The notes: generated from the sequence alone by a model not told the origin. A stretch of DNA of 64,000 nucleotides from Lentimicrobiaceae bacterium (GCA_037446395.1 JBBIIP010000003.1:33339-97338); one strand, 5' to 3'. Counted from the stretch's first letter, positions 40,795 to 50,680 are shown. Translations and numbers: made by a program.

Positions 40795-41628
40795 CTATTT
40801 TATAAAAAATCGGATGTAAAGATACAAAACCGGAACAGAAAGCAGCACCGCATCAAAACGATCGAGTATTCCCCCGTGCCCGGGAAGCAGCTTCCCGCTG
40901 TCTTTCACCTTCAGACTCCTTTTCAGCATTGATTCCGAAAGATCGCCGAGAGTCCCAAAAATCATAATAATAAATGCCATGACCAACCATTCAAGAATGC
41001 CTAATTGCTTCATAACCATCGAAAGAATAAAAGCGGTTATCAAGCCAAAGACAATGCCTCCGGCCAAACCTTCCCAGGTTTTTTTTGGCGAAATCCGTTC
41101 GAATAATTTATTTTTTCCAACAGCAGATCCTATAAAATAAGCTGCCGAATCAAAAACCCAAAGGATGATAAAAAAACCAAGGATTAAAAGTCCTGGTTTT
41201 TCAAGGCCTAATTTGACTCCGATAGGGAAAAAAGAAACCAGCAAAGCAAAAGGAACAGGTAAATAAATAATGCCCAAAATTGTAATTCCTATGTTCTGAA
41301 AAGGCGTGGAGCTGTTACTCCACATTTCAAATATGACAATGATTATTGGCAACAATAGAAGGCACATTAAATATTGTGAGCCCATCAATCCATTGCTTGT
41401 CAACAGAATAGCTAAATAAGCGATGATTCCTGCGGCTATTCCTGTAATTATTTGTGGTTTATTGTCACCGTTCGATAAAAGGTTGTAGAACTCCAACAAT
41501 CCGGCCACTACAAAGAAGAGGGTCAGCAGCGAAAAAGTCCATTGCCCCAAGAGGATGGAACCAATTAGGAATATCCCAAAAACGATTGCTGTTAAGGTGC
41601 GTATAGCAAGTTTCTCGGGCTTTCTCAT
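40795..41628 (-). CDS. cdsA: Phosphatidate cytidylyltransferase
   Basis: CdsA signature SMLKRSLKVKDSGKLLPGHGGILDRFDAV in a polytopic protein. I prefer the ATG at 41628, which leaves a 16-nt gap to the upstream ORF. Confidence 0.88.
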   Translation of the reverse strand: MRKPEKLAIRTLTAIVFGIFLIGSILLGQWTFSLLTLFFVVAGLLEFYNLLSNGDNKPQIITGIAAGIIAYLAILLTSNGLMGSQYLMCLLLLPIIIVIFEMWSNSSTPFQNIGITILGIIYLPVPFALLVSFFPIGVKLGLEKPGLLILGFFIILWVFDSAAYFIGSAVGKNKLFERISPKKTWEGLAGGIVFGLITAFILSMVMKQLGILEWLVMAFIIMIFGTLGDLSESMLKRSLKVKDSGKLLPGHGGILDRFDAVLLSVPVLYLYIRFFIK

Positions 41629-41644
41629 CACTAAAAATATAGAA

Positions 41645-41851
41645 TTATGCTTCGCTGGATTTGATAATTTGAATGGCCCGAAATGCATTTTCAGCCTCTA
41701 CAAAAAGCTCGATGCAGCCCATGAGATATGCTGAGTCTTTTTTGTTGATGGCTACACTCTCGATACCGCTATCATATAGCAAACCCTTCATCAACTCCGC
41801 TTTGAAAAGGTCATCGGTCGAAAACACAAGTGTCCATTCTGCCTCAGGCAT
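41645..41851 (-). CDS. DUF2007-like small protein
   Basis: 68 aa. It resembles the small putative signal-transducing domain family that I recall upstream of cdsA. Unverified. Confidence 0.5.
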   Translation of the reverse strand: MPEAEWTLVFSTDDLFKAELMKGLLYDSGIESVAINKKDSAYLMGCIELFVEAENAFRAIQIIKSSEA

Positions 41852-41864
41852 AAGTAATTATTTG

Positions 41865-42512
41865 TTAAGAATTTGAGTCATCATAGAGAAATACATACAA
41901 TTCTTTGGGGCCATGTGCTCCCATGACCAGGGTCTTTTCTATATCAGCCGTGCGGCTTGGTCCGCTTATTACCGATACCATTGACGGAAAAGCTTTTCCA
42001 TACTTTTCTCTGACTCCTGAGAGTGCTTGCTTTATGTCGGGCACTAACTGCGAAGCACTGGCCAAAACGATGTGAATATCCGGCGAAATGTTAAGCTTTC
42101 TTCCCGAGAGCTGCTTCGATGAAACAACAACGCTTCCGAGCCTGGCTACCAGAAATTCGCAGCCGGTAATGGCAACTTTTGTAGTGTTTAATTTGTTTTC
42201 ATCATTTGTTGCTGAAATGCCATATTGCTGGAGCATGTAGAGGAGTGACTCATCCCGGCAAAAAATCGGAGCAAATGTATTTGCTTTCGACAGGAGTGAA
42301 AGGGTTGAATAGATCTCGGATTCGCTCTCGCAATAGACAAATTTTCCACCTAATCGTGTAAATTCCTCAGCAAAGGTAATATCAAGCGCATCAGTCAGTT
42401 CATTGAATACGGGAGCATCCATTTCAACATCTGGAAAAGGGTTTGCTCCTTTTTGGATGAGTGCATTGCGCACCCGTTTCATGATTTTCTCTTTCGAAGT
42501 ACTCTCTTCCAT
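41865..42512 (-). CDS. LUD-domain protein (LutC/YkgG-like)
   Basis: 215 aa. The length and pattern resemble the lactate-utilisation LutC family; the call is from memory. Confidence 0.6.
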   Translation of the reverse strand: MEESTSKEKIMKRVRNALIQKGANPFPDVEMDAPVFNELTDALDITFAEEFTRLGGKFVYCESESEIYSTLSLLSKANTFAPIFCRDESLLYMLQQYGISATNDENKLNTTKVAITGCEFLVARLGSVVVSSKQLSGRKLNISPDIHIVLASASQLVPDIKQALSGVREKYGKAFPSMVSVISGPSRTADIEKTLVMGAHGPKELYVFLYDDSNS

Positions 42513-42528
42513 GATTAGTTTTCTTAGA

Positions 42529-44592
42529 CTATGCCTTTTTGGCTAATTCATCATCCCTTGATTTATCAACATCTTCATCTTCTTTTGAAGGATTTGATTT
42601 CTTATCTGATACCGTCTCTGCTGCAATGTTGCCGTTTGAGTTTTCAGCAAAATCCCGATGCTCGGCCCATGGTCTTTTTCCAAAAACTGCTTCGACATCC
42701 TCCCTGAAGATGACTTCACTTTTCAGCAGCTGTTCAGCAAGTACCTCGAGCTTTTCTTTGTTTTCGGTTAGTATGGTAAAGGCTCGTGTGTAGGCCAACT
42801 CAACCAGCTTGCTTGCTTCTTCATCAATGATTTGAGAAGTTTTTTCGCTATATGGTTTTGTGAGCATATATTCCTGCTGTCCTGTTGAATCGTAGAAGCT
42901 CAGGTTGCCTATTTTTTCGTTCAGGCCAAAAACGGATATCATTGCATAAGCCTGCTTTGTAACGCGTTCAAGGTCGTTGAGAGCGCCTGTTGAAACTTTC
43001 CCGAAAACGATTTTCTCTGCAGCCCTACCGCCAAGAATGGCAGTCATTTCATCGAACATCTGATCGAACGTAGTTATTTGTCTTTCGTCGGGCAAATACC
43101 AGGCTGCCCCCAAAGTTTTGCCACGCGGAATAATTGTAACTTTTACCAATGGGTGTGCGAACTCAAGTAACCAACTCACCGATGCGTGCCCTGCTTCATG
43201 GAAGGCAATCACTTTTTTCTCTTGAGGCGAAATAAACTTACTTCTCTTTTCAAGGCCGGCAACGATGCGGTCAATGGCATCGAGAAAATCTTGTTTTTCA
43301 ATACTTTTTTTATTCCTGCGAGCAGCAATCAATGCGGCCTCATTACATACATTTGCAATATCTGCGCCTGAAAAACCAGGCGTTTGTCTTGCAAGGAAGG
43401 TCAAATCAAGGTTAAGGTCTAAGACGAGGTTGCGCATGTGAACTTTAAAAATTGCCATGCGTTCGTCGAGATCAGGAAGTTCTACATGGATTTGGCGATC
43501 GAAGCGACCGGCGCGAAGCAAAGCGCGGTCGAGAATATCGGCACGGTTTGTGGCCGCCAGGATAATTACCCCTGTGTTGCTCGAGAATCCATCCATTTCG
43601 GTAAGGAGTTGGTTCAGGGTATTCTCTCTCTCGTCGTTGGCTCCCGTAAGTGGGTTGCGCCCCCGGGCCCGTCCTATTGCATCTATTTCATCAATAAAAA
43701 TGATGCATGGTGCTTTTTCTTTGGCTTGTTTAAAAAGGTCACGAACCCTGGATGCCCCGACTCCCACAAACATTTCAACAAACTCGGAGCCGGAAATTGA
43801 AAAGAAAGGCACTTTGGCTTCCCCTGCTACTGCCTTGGCCAGTAGTGTTTTACCTGTTCCGGGGGGGCCGACCAAAAGGGCTCCTTTGGGAATTTTTCCA
43901 CCCAGGTTTCGAAATTTGTCGGGTTGCTTTAAAAATTCAACGATCTCCATCACCTCAATTTTTGCTTCTTCGAGGCCGGCTACGTCGCTAAAATTGATAC
44001 TTACAGAGGTATCGCGATCAAAAAGTTGAGCCTTGGATTTTCCAATATTAAAAATCTGGCCACCGCCTCCACCTCGTGTCATCATTCGCATGATGAAAAG
44101 CCATACGACCACCAACAATAAGAGCGGAAAAACCCATCCTAAAATATCTCCGCCCCAGTTTCGGCGTTTCTCATTAATCAAATAAACCGGGTTGGATAGC
44201 TCTTGTTGAATTTTCTCGACATCTGCCTTGAAAGAATCGTAGGAACCGATTACATACTTGTAGCTTGGCTGAGCAACATCACCATTTAACTCCCTGATAT
44301 CTTTAAATTTTTCCAGTTCAAGTTTTTCTTTTTTAATAAATATCTCTGCTGCTTCATTGTTAACAACAATTATTTTTTCAATTTCCTGATTGGCAAGCAT
44401 CTCACGAAGATCTCCCCAGGAGATGTCTTTTGTTATGCTCTCCTTGTTGTTGAACCACATGAAAACAAATACCAGCGCAAGCATGGCATAAACCCAATAA
44501 AAACTGAATTTGGGCCTCATGAGCTTCGACTGTATCTTGCCTTTTTGGGGGGTGTCTGTTCTTTTTGTCTCTTTTTCTTTATCTTCTGCCAT
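42529..44592 (-). CDS. ftsH: ATP-dependent zinc metalloprotease FtsH
   Basis: Walker A GPPGTGKT, Walker B IIFIDEID, zinc motif HEAGH, and an N-terminal TM pair. Confidence 0.95.
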   Translation of the reverse strand: MAEDKEKETKRTDTPQKGKIQSKLMRPKFSFYWVYAMLALVFVFMWFNNKESITKDISWGDLREMLANQEIEKIIVVNNEAAEIFIKKEKLELEKFKDIRELNGDVAQPSYKYVIGSYDSFKADVEKIQQELSNPVYLINEKRRNWGGDILGWVFPLLLLVVVWLFIMRMMTRGGGGGQIFNIGKSKAQLFDRDTSVSINFSDVAGLEEAKIEVMEIVEFLKQPDKFRNLGGKIPKGALLVGPPGTGKTLLAKAVAGEAKVPFFSISGSEFVEMFVGVGASRVRDLFKQAKEKAPCIIFIDEIDAIGRARGRNPLTGANDERENTLNQLLTEMDGFSSNTGVIILAATNRADILDRALLRAGRFDRQIHVELPDLDERMAIFKVHMRNLVLDLNLDLTFLARQTPGFSGADIANVCNEAALIAARRNKKSIEKQDFLDAIDRIVAGLEKRSKFISPQEKKVIAFHEAGHASVSWLLEFAHPLVKVTIIPRGKTLGAAWYLPDERQITTFDQMFDEMTAILGGRAAEKIVFGKVSTGALNDLERVTKQAYAMISVFGLNEKIGNLSFYDSTGQQEYMLTKPYSEKTSQIIDEEASKLVELAYTRAFTILTENKEKLEVLAEQLLKSEVIFREDVEAVFGKRPWAEHRDFAENSNGNIAAETVSDKKSNPSKEDEDVDKSRDDELAKKA

Positions 44593-44626
44593 TACTTTTC
44601 TCCTGCAAAAATTTAATCTAAATGTT

Positions 44627-45004
44627 TTATACGTCTGCTTTCATGTACTTGATTTCTGCATCTGCCCATAAATCTTCCAGTTTGTAGTAATCTCTTGATT
44701 GAGGCAAAAATACATGAACAACAATATCGAAGTAATCAATTAAAATCCACTCGGCATTTTCATATCCTTCAGCATGCCAGGCACTTACGCCAAGTTCGGT
44801 TTTTACGAATCTTCTGATACTGTCGGCAATGGCTTCCACCTGTGTTCGGTTTGAGCCACTACAGACAATAAATCGGTCGCAAATTGCATTCTTGATTCGT
44901 TTCAAATCGATTTGAACGATATCAATGCCCTTTTTTTCCCTGATCCCTTTTATGATTGAATCGGTCAGTTGTGCTAAGGTGGCTTTTTTCCGGTGTGCGA
45001 TCAT
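44627..45004 (-). CDS. rsfS: Ribosome silencing factor
   Basis: 125 aa, with a pattern typical of RsfS/iojap (DYFDIVVHVF ... YKLEDLW). It sits immediately upstream of ftsH, as is usual in Bacteroidota. Confidence 0.85.
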   Translation of the reverse strand: MIAHRKKATLAQLTDSIIKGIREKKGIDIVQIDLKRIKNAICDRFIVCSGSNRTQVEAIADSIRRFVKTELGVSAWHAEGYENAEWILIDYFDIVVHVFLPQSRDYYKLEDLWADAEIKYMKADV

Positions 45005-45054
45005 TCGTTTTCATTATCGGTGCAAAAATACAGTTTTTCAAGATGTTTATACCG

Positions 45055-45066
45055 CTAAACGTTTAG
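45055..45066. promoter_or_regulatory. Perfect 12-bp palindrome in the rsfS/birA divergent region
   Basis: CTAAACGTTTAG equals its own reverse complement. It lies 51 nt upstream of the rsfS ATG and 121 nt upstream of the birA ATG. Confidence 0.3.
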
Positions 45067-45186
45067 TCGGTAAGAATGAAATACTTTTGTAGAAACTGAA
45101 GGTTATTATTCCTTACAAATATCTATCCAAACCAAAAACAGGTAAAATTGTCACACTTAGATAAAAACAAACCATTAAGTGACACA

Positions 45187-45930
45187 ATGAATGTAATAAC
45201 GCATCGGATCAGTCTGGCAAAATGTACTTCAACAAATGATTATGCAATGGAGTTGATCAGGATGGGTCAGGCCACCTCCGGCACATTGATATCTGCCACA
45301 GAGCAAACACAAGGCCGGGGGCTTGATGTAAATCGCTGGGAGAGTCAGTCGGGCAAAAATCTGTTAATCAGCATATTAGTTCAGCCGGTAGGAATCAAGC
45401 CTTCTGATCAATTTATTTTAAACCAGGTATCATCTCTTGCTATTTGCAATTTTCTGAAAAGTAAACTGCCATCGAGGCAAGTCTGTGTTAAATGGCCCAA
45501 TGATGTTTATATCGAAAATAAAAAAGCCGCCGGAATCCTGATTAACAATATTATTTGTGGCGACAAGATTCTTTGGTCTGTCATAGGTATGGGGATCAAT
45601 ATTAATCAGGAAAAATTTTTCGAAGACGCACCGAACCCTGTTTCACTCAAAATGCTGACGGGTATCAATTATGATTTAAATCTTTGTCTTCAGGAGTTGG
45701 AATACTTCTTTTCGGTTTGGCATGGATATATGACAAATGCAATGCATGATATTATTCGAAAAGAATATTTGAAATCGCTCTATCAGTTTGGCCGGCAGGC
45801 GAAATATCTCTATCACGACAGCCCAATAATTGCCCGCATTACAGGCATAGGAGCTTATGGAAAACTCTTATTGCAAACTTCTGATGGCAACTTTCTTGCC
45901 TGCGATTTGAAGGAAATAAAGTTCTTGTGA
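45187..45930 (+). CDS. birA: Biotin--[acetyl-CoA-carboxylase] ligase, group I (no N-terminal HTH domain)
   Basis: CTSTNDYA and QGRGLDVNRWES (GRGRxxRxW-like) start within the first 50 residues, so there is no room for a DNA-binding domain. I prefer the ATG at 45187 over the TTG at 45148. Confidence 0.8.
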   Translation: MNVITHRISLAKCTSTNDYAMELIRMGQATSGTLISATEQTQGRGLDVNRWESQSGKNLLISILVQPVGIKPSDQFILNQVSSLAICNFLKSKLPSRQVCVKWPNDVYIENKKAAGILINNIICGDKILWSVIGMGININQEKFFEDAPNPVSLKMLTGINYDLNLCLQELEYFFSVWHGYMTNAMHDIIRKEYLKSLYQFGRQAKYLYHDSPIIARITGIGAYGKLLLQTSDGNFLACDLKEIKFL

Positions 45931-45968
45931 AAACCAAGCAATGCAGGTGATTTATCCAAGAGACCTGT

Positions 45969-46376
45969 TCAAATTCCTTCGCAAGCTTCTTTGAGCTTTT
46001 GAACAAGCTGATCAGCAATTTGCTGTAAAGGGTCTCTTACAAGCAAGGCAAGCATTGCTCCGATGTCGGCTGAAACGAATACCGATGCACTTGTTGACAA
46101 CCCATCAAGGTTCTTCAGGTTGACCTGCAATTCAAAATTTACTGGAGTGTCTTTTGTGGAAATTGCCCTGATCAGTACAGGTGCATATTGTTCCTGCATT
46201 AGCATGCTCACGGTTCCCAAACCGGCAATATTGAACTTACATGAGTCTTTTGCGGCAGTGTAGTCATATACCTGAGCAGGCATGAGGTCCGAAAAATTCC
46301 GAAAATCGCTGGCAAAGGCAAATACTTTTTCAACAGGGCACACAATGGTTTGCTCCCGGCCGGTGAGGTTTAGCAT
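45969..46376 (-). CDS. SRPBCC/CoxG-like small protein
   Basis: 136 aa from the ATG at 46376 (MLNLTGREQTIVCPVEKVFAFASDFRNFSDLMP). The longer ORF-track version would overlap pyrE. The family call is from pattern memory. Confidence 0.5.
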   Translation of the reverse strand: MLNLTGREQTIVCPVEKVFAFASDFRNFSDLMPAQVYDYTAAKDSCKFNIAGLGTVSMLMQEQYAPVLIRAISTKDTPVNFELQVNLKNLDGLSTSASVFVSADIGAMLALLVRDPLQQIADQLVQKLKEACEGI

Positions 46377-46392
46377 AATGAAAAGAATATGT

Positions 46393-47034
46393 TTATTTAT
46401 TCCAGTTGGCCGGATCAAGTTTCCATTTTTCGAGCGCCAGCAGGTCGCTCTCTCTGATATATTCCTGTTCGAGTGCCTTTTCAATCAGGGCATCATAATT
46501 GGTAAGGGTAATGAGGGCAACATCATTTTTCTTGAACCCTTCCTCTGCGAGCGCCAGCTTGTATGAAAAGATTGCCATCATTCCTTTAACAGCAGCTCCG
46601 GCCTCTTGCAATGCAGCTACAGCACCGAGGCTACTCTTTCCGGTGGATATCAGGTCTTCAACCACAACAACCGATTGTCCAGGCTGGAGCACTCCTTCGA
46701 TCTGGTTGCTCAAGCCATGAGCTTTTTTTTCTGGACGCACATAAACAAACGGAAGGCCAAGATCCTGGGCAACCAGCACCCCCAAAGCAATGGCGCCTGT
46801 GGCCACGCCTGCAATTACATCAACGGGGCTGAAGTTCTCATTGATCAATTTAACCATCTCCTGGCGTATAAAAGTTCTGACTTTGGGATAAGAAAGTGTT
46901 TTTCGATTATCACAATAGATTGGTGACTTTATTCCAGATGTCCAGGTGAACGGATCAGTAACATTAATTTTTAATGCTTTAATTTGCAGAAGAAAATCCG
47001 CAGTTGCCAGCGCCAGTTGTTCATTCTTTTTCAT
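46393..47034 (-). CDS. pyrE: Orotate phosphoribosyltransferase
   Basis: PRPP-binding motif VVVVEDLISTGKS. 213 aa. Confidence 0.9.
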   Translation of the reverse strand: MKKNEQLALATADFLLQIKALKINVTDPFTWTSGIKSPIYCDNRKTLSYPKVRTFIRQEMVKLINENFSPVDVIAGVATGAIALGVLVAQDLGLPFVYVRPEKKAHGLSNQIEGVLQPGQSVVVVEDLISTGKSSLGAVAALQEAGAAVKGMMAIFSYKLALAEEGFKKNDVALITLTNYDALIEKALEQEYIRESDLLALEKWKLDPANWNK

Positions 47035-47041
47035 GCAGCAA

Positions 47042-47662
47042 ATGTATAAAGTTTATTTTGATGAAAAGCAGTTGATGTTATCATCAGAGGTTCATATCCC
47101 AAACTCACCGGGTGATGAAGTCCTGATAAATTGCGAAGACTCTCACATTCTCGCACAATCTATTCTGTCATTTGCCAAAAATCCAACTCTGAAAAATCTT
47201 CATATCATTAACACTGCAAGCTTTGATTTATTGCTGAAACAGTTTAATTCTGTTTTTCTACATATTGAAGCCGGAGGTGGCATCGTCTGCTGTAAGGATT
47301 CGTCAATCCTGTTTATTTTCCGAAACGGAAAGTGGGATTTGCCAAAAGGGAAACCCGACAAACAGGAGGATATCACAGAAACAGCCGTGAGAGAAGTTGA
47401 GGAAGAGACCGGAATAAGCGGGGTTAAAATCATCCAACCTGCAGGAATCACCAGGCATGCATATTTAGAAAACTCGAATTTATACTTAAAAACAACCTTT
47501 TGGTTCAAAATGCGTGTTGAGGGAAAACCTGATCTAACACCACAATTCAATGAAGGCATTACGGATGCCCGTTGGGTGAGCAGAGAAGAAACCGCAAATA
47601 TTCTTGAAATAGCCTATCCCTCTATAAAAGATTTAGTTGAAAATTGCTTTGCGAACCAGTAA
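47042..47662 (+). CDS. NUDIX hydrolase
   Basis: Nudix box GKPDKQEDITETAVREVEEETG. Candidate starts are at 47033 and 47042. Confidence 0.75.
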   Translation: MYKVYFDEKQLMLSSEVHIPNSPGDEVLINCEDSHILAQSILSFAKNPTLKNLHIINTASFDLLLKQFNSVFLHIEAGGGIVCCKDSSILFIFRNGKWDLPKGKPDKQEDITETAVREVEEETGISGVKIIQPAGITRHAYLENSNLYLKTTFWFKMRVEGKPDLTPQFNEGITDARWVSREETANILEIAYPSIKDLVENCFANQ

Positions 47663-47751
47663 AGATCAATTATGCTATTCTATTGAAAAGGCATCCAGGG
47701 TTGAATTTTACAATAAGTGGCACTGAAAAGGGGGTTTCCATCCTATTTATA

Positions 47752-47759
47752 TAATTTTG
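47752..47759 (+). promoter_or_regulatory. Possible -7 promoter element upstream of coaD
   Basis: TAATTTTG is a perfect match to TAnnTTTG, 44 nt upstream of the ATG at 47803. No convincing -33 TTTG lies at canonical spacing. Confidence 0.3.
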
Positions 47760-47802
47760 CTGAGTACAACGAGTTATTGTTATGATTATAACCCAAACTA
47801 AG

Positions 47803-48258
47803 ATGAGATCAGCCATTTTTCCGGGGTCGTTCGATCCCATAACCAAAGGTCATGAAGACCTGGTATTGAGAGCATTGTCGCTTTTTGACAAGATTTATGT
47901 GGCCCTGGGCACAAATCCTGATAAGCAAACGTTCTTTCCTGTTGAGAAGCGGGTGCAGTGGTTGCGCGAAGTTTTCAAAGAACAACCCAATATCGAGGTT
48001 GTTTTATACGAAGGCTTAACAGTTGATCTTTGTAAAAAGCTTAACTCTAATTATATTCTCCGAGGGCTTAGGACTTCAGCAGATTTTGAGTTTGAGCGAA
48101 GCATCGGATTAATGAACAAAAAAATGCATCCTGAAATTGAGTCGTTATTTTTGCTTACCTCCCCTGAGTACACTGCCCTTAGCTCTTCGATTGTTAGAGA
48201 AATATACCGAAACGGGGGCGATCCAAGGCAATTTCTGCCCGCCGCAGTGATTATATAA
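47803..48258 (+). CDS. coaD: Phosphopantetheine adenylyltransferase
   Basis: N-terminal IFPGSFDPITKGH (T/HxGH nucleotidyltransferase motif). The ATG at 47803 gives a canonical N-terminus; the ORF track starts at 47782. Confidence 0.9.
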   Translation: MRSAIFPGSFDPITKGHEDLVLRALSLFDKIYVALGTNPDKQTFFPVEKRVQWLREVFKEQPNIEVVLYEGLTVDLCKKLNSNYILRGLRTSADFEFERSIGLMNKKMHPEIESLFLLTSPEYTALSSSIVREIYRNGGDPRQFLPAAVII

Positions 48259-48275
48259 AATATTTCATCAATCGA

Positions 48276-49271
48276 ATGACCTTCAAATTAAGGACTAGAA
48301 TCTTGTTGCCGCTCTGTTTGATATTCTTTTTTGCAACTGCGAGTGGCAGCGAAACCAAAATCAGCGGGGTGGCTCCAGGTGCAGAAGGGGCCGCCATTGA
48401 ATTACTGTATTATCCGGAGCTATTCACTTGGACTCCCTTAAAACTGGACACAAAACAAATAAAACAAAACGGACAATTTGAGTTTTCGATAAAAACCTTG
48501 CTTGAACCGCGCCTTGCCCTCATCAGGATCAACGAGCAACAGGGAGAGTTCATTATCGAGCCAGGAAATACTTATGTACTCAAAATTAGCAATATACTTA
48601 AAATTCAGAAGCCAGAAACTGAAGAAACAGGCTATCTTCTACCCTCCCTCGAAATAGAAATCACAAACGTCTGGAAGAAAGAACTCAATGGGTTATTAGA
48701 GCAATTCAATTCCATAACCGACGATTTCATGTCATCAAACTTTTCATTAATCGTCAGGCAAGGAAACAAGCAAAAGGTAAAAGAATATGCAACCTTAATA
48801 TCCAAACATTTTTCGGGAATTGATAATGTGTGGCTCAACAATTCTATATACTATACGATTGCAAACCTTGAGTTTTTATCCCGTAGCGCAAGCCGAGAGA
48901 CTTTGGTCGCAAAACACCTGAACCCAAAGCAGTTGCTATATCATCATCCGGAATTTGTGGAATTCTTTAAGGCAATATTCGACAAGTACCTTATAGCCGG
49001 GATAGGGCCGGTAAAGAGGCCGGAAATAAACAATCTCCTCAAATCCCGAGATTCATATAAAGGCCTGATGGATTTACTTGAAACAGACCCCTTGTTGAAA
49101 AACGCGGCAATTAGAGAAATGGTACTTTTGGCTGGTCTTTGGGACTTTCACAACTCGCCACATTTCAACAAGGAAAATATCATGCCCCTAATAAAATACA
49201 TATCAGTCAACAGCACGATCAGTGAACATCGAAAAATTGCATCAAACATGATCGCACTTCTCCGCCCCTGA
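48276..49271 (+). CDS. Secreted hypothetical protein with a DUF4369-like N-terminal region
   Basis: Signal peptide ...FFATASGS. NGQFEFSIKTLLEPRLALIRINEQQGEFIIEPGNTYVL resembles the N-terminal beta-sandwich of TlpA-type Bacteroidota proteins. There is no CxxC motif. Confidence 0.5.
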   Translation: MTFKLRTRILLPLCLIFFFATASGSETKISGVAPGAEGAAIELLYYPELFTWTPLKLDTKQIKQNGQFEFSIKTLLEPRLALIRINEQQGEFIIEPGNTYVLKISNILKIQKPETEETGYLLPSLEIEITNVWKKELNGLLEQFNSITDDFMSSNFSLIVRQGNKQKVKEYATLISKHFSGIDNVWLNNSIYYTIANLEFLSRSASRETLVAKHLNPKQLLYHHPEFVEFFKAIFDKYLIAGIGPVKRPEINNLLKSRDSYKGLMDLLETDPLLKNAAIREMVLLAGLWDFHNSPHFNKENIMPLIKYISVNSTISEHRKIASNMIALLRP

Positions 49272-49805
49272 TTGATGCCGAAAGAATGAGAAATTAACTT
49301 CTCCATACTGCCTATGCTGCCAAAACCAGGCAAGGTGCTCAAATGAGTGCCGCTGGGAGTGTTCGAGAATAAAAAAACCATTTTCTTTCAGCACTTCTGA
49401 TTGCATAACGAGATCAACAAGTTTTTCAACATCTTTCATTTCGTATGGCGGGTCGGCAAAAATCAAGTCGTATGCGCTCATGCATTTTTGAACATATCGA
49501 AAAGCATCCGACCGATTTACTACGATTTGATTCATTCCGAGGGCTGAGGCTGTTTTACTGATAAAGTTTATGCATTGCAGGTGGTGGTCAACACAGGTAA
49601 TTCGTTTGCAACCCCGGGAGGCGAATTCGTAAGAAATATTTCCTGTGCCCGCAAAAAGATCCAGAACTTCAAGTGCATCAAACTCCAGAAAATTTTCAAT
49701 AATATTGAAAAGTGCCTCCTTGGCAAAATCAGTTGTTGGCCGCACCGGTAAAGACCGGGGGGCGTCTATGATTCTGCTCCGGTAGCGTCCACGGATAATT
49801 CTCAC
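49242..49805 (-). CDS. rsmD: 16S rRNA (guanine966-N2)-methyltransferase
   Basis: MRIIRGRYRSR...RPTTDFAKEALFNII at the N-terminus, then LDLFAGTGNISYEFASRG and DPPY. The start codon is GTG. Confidence 0.85.
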   Translation of the reverse strand: MRIIRGRYRSRIIDAPRSLPVRPTTDFAKEALFNIIENFLEFDALEVLDLFAGTGNISYEFASRGCKRITCVDHHLQCINFISKTASALGMNQIVVNRSDAFRYVQKCMSAYDLIFADPPYEMKDVEKLVDLVMQSEVLKENGFFILEHSQRHSFEHLAWFWQHRQYGEVNFSFFRHQSGAEKCDHV

Positions 49806-50680
49806 AAAGTTGCATTAAAAAGATCGTAATACTTATGAAGCTGGGCCGGGCTTATTTCATGGCTATATTGAAAATAGTTGTTGGCCGGAAGAATATCTAA
49901 AACGCGGAAGTACTTTTCCAAAAGCTCAAACTCATTATCTTTTTTATCTATGCTTCCCATCAGGCTGAGGACTAATTTATCCATATCGAGTTGCAGTTGC
50001 TCAAAAACAAAGAGCAGATAATACAACATATCGGAGGGAGCAAGAAATCTAAAAGTGTTGCAGTAGAAAATCTGCCCCTTGCGTAAAATCATCAGGTCGA
50101 AGGAATTGCTTCTGATATTCAGGAAGGCACTTTCTTGATTTTTTAAGGCACTAAACCGCGTAAAGAGGCTCCTGATCAAAGGCCTGACAATGTGAAACCG
50201 CTGGGCTCCGGGAAAACAAGATGAAATCCAATCGGAAAGCAAGATTGGAATTGAGTAGATGATAACCAGCTCCGGAATATTTAATGAATCGCTGAATATC
50301 TTTTCGTGATTTGCAAAAGGATGGCTTAATTTGAAATAGGCCTCATTATCATCTGCACTAAAAAGTGCTGGTGGCATAAGTGTATATGGGGCTGCTCCCA
50401 CGAGTACGATCACTTGTGAATAATGCAGTTGCAACAGCGTTTGTTTTCTAATGATTTTGTTGAGCCAATTCAGATAGTTTGCTGTAACTACTAATTGTGC
50501 TTTGTCCTCGTTTTCTGGGTAGGAATAAGATTCGAGCGCAAGGAATTTATTGGTGCTTTGATTAAAGACACAAAAAGAAAAACCATCAGGAAGTATCCTG
50601 ATGGTAAGATTGTATTCTTCTGAATGGGCCGGATTCAGCGATAGATCATGGTGGCTTACGATCGGATTATCGTTGCTCAT
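49802..50680 (-). CDS. DUF3822-like protein (unknown function)
   Basis: 292 aa from the ATG at 50680. Its position directly upstream of rsmD matches the conserved Bacteroidota arrangement I recall for DUF3822. Unverified. Confidence 0.5.
   Translation of the reverse strand: MSNDNPIVSHHDLSLNPAHSEEYNLTIRILPDGFSFCVFNQSTNKFLALESYSYPENEDKAQLVVTANYLNWLNKIIRKQTLLQLHYSQVIVLVGAAPYTLMPPALFSADDNEAYFKLSHPFANHEKIFSDSLNIPELVIIYSIPILLSDWISSCFPGAQRFHIVRPLIRSLFTRFSALKNQESAFLNIRSNSFDLMILRKGQIFYCNTFRFLAPSDMLYYLLFVFEQLQLDMDKLVLSLMGSIDKKDNEFELLEKYFRVLDILPANNYFQYSHEISPAQLHKYYDLFNATL

Noticed and set aside
43457-44029. Long antisense ORFs: 190 aa opposite ftsH, 205 aa at 15514-16131 opposite gldJ, 205 aa at 33257-33874 opposite the HhH-barrel gene, and 171 aa at 10568-11083 opposite porU.
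   Set aside because: Each lies entirely inside a strongly supported gene on the other strand. They have Ser/Arg/Cys-rich low-complexity composition and no recognisable motifs, which is typical of spurious shadow ORFs.
46946-47041. The N-terminal extension of the NUDIX ORF starting at 46946, and similar upstream TTG/GTG starts in the ORF track (2607, 3557, 26128, 28261, 45148, 50707).
   Set aside because: These extensions would overlap neighbouring genes, or they add residues not matching the canonical N-termini of the families. In-frame ATGs downstream give standard N-termini.
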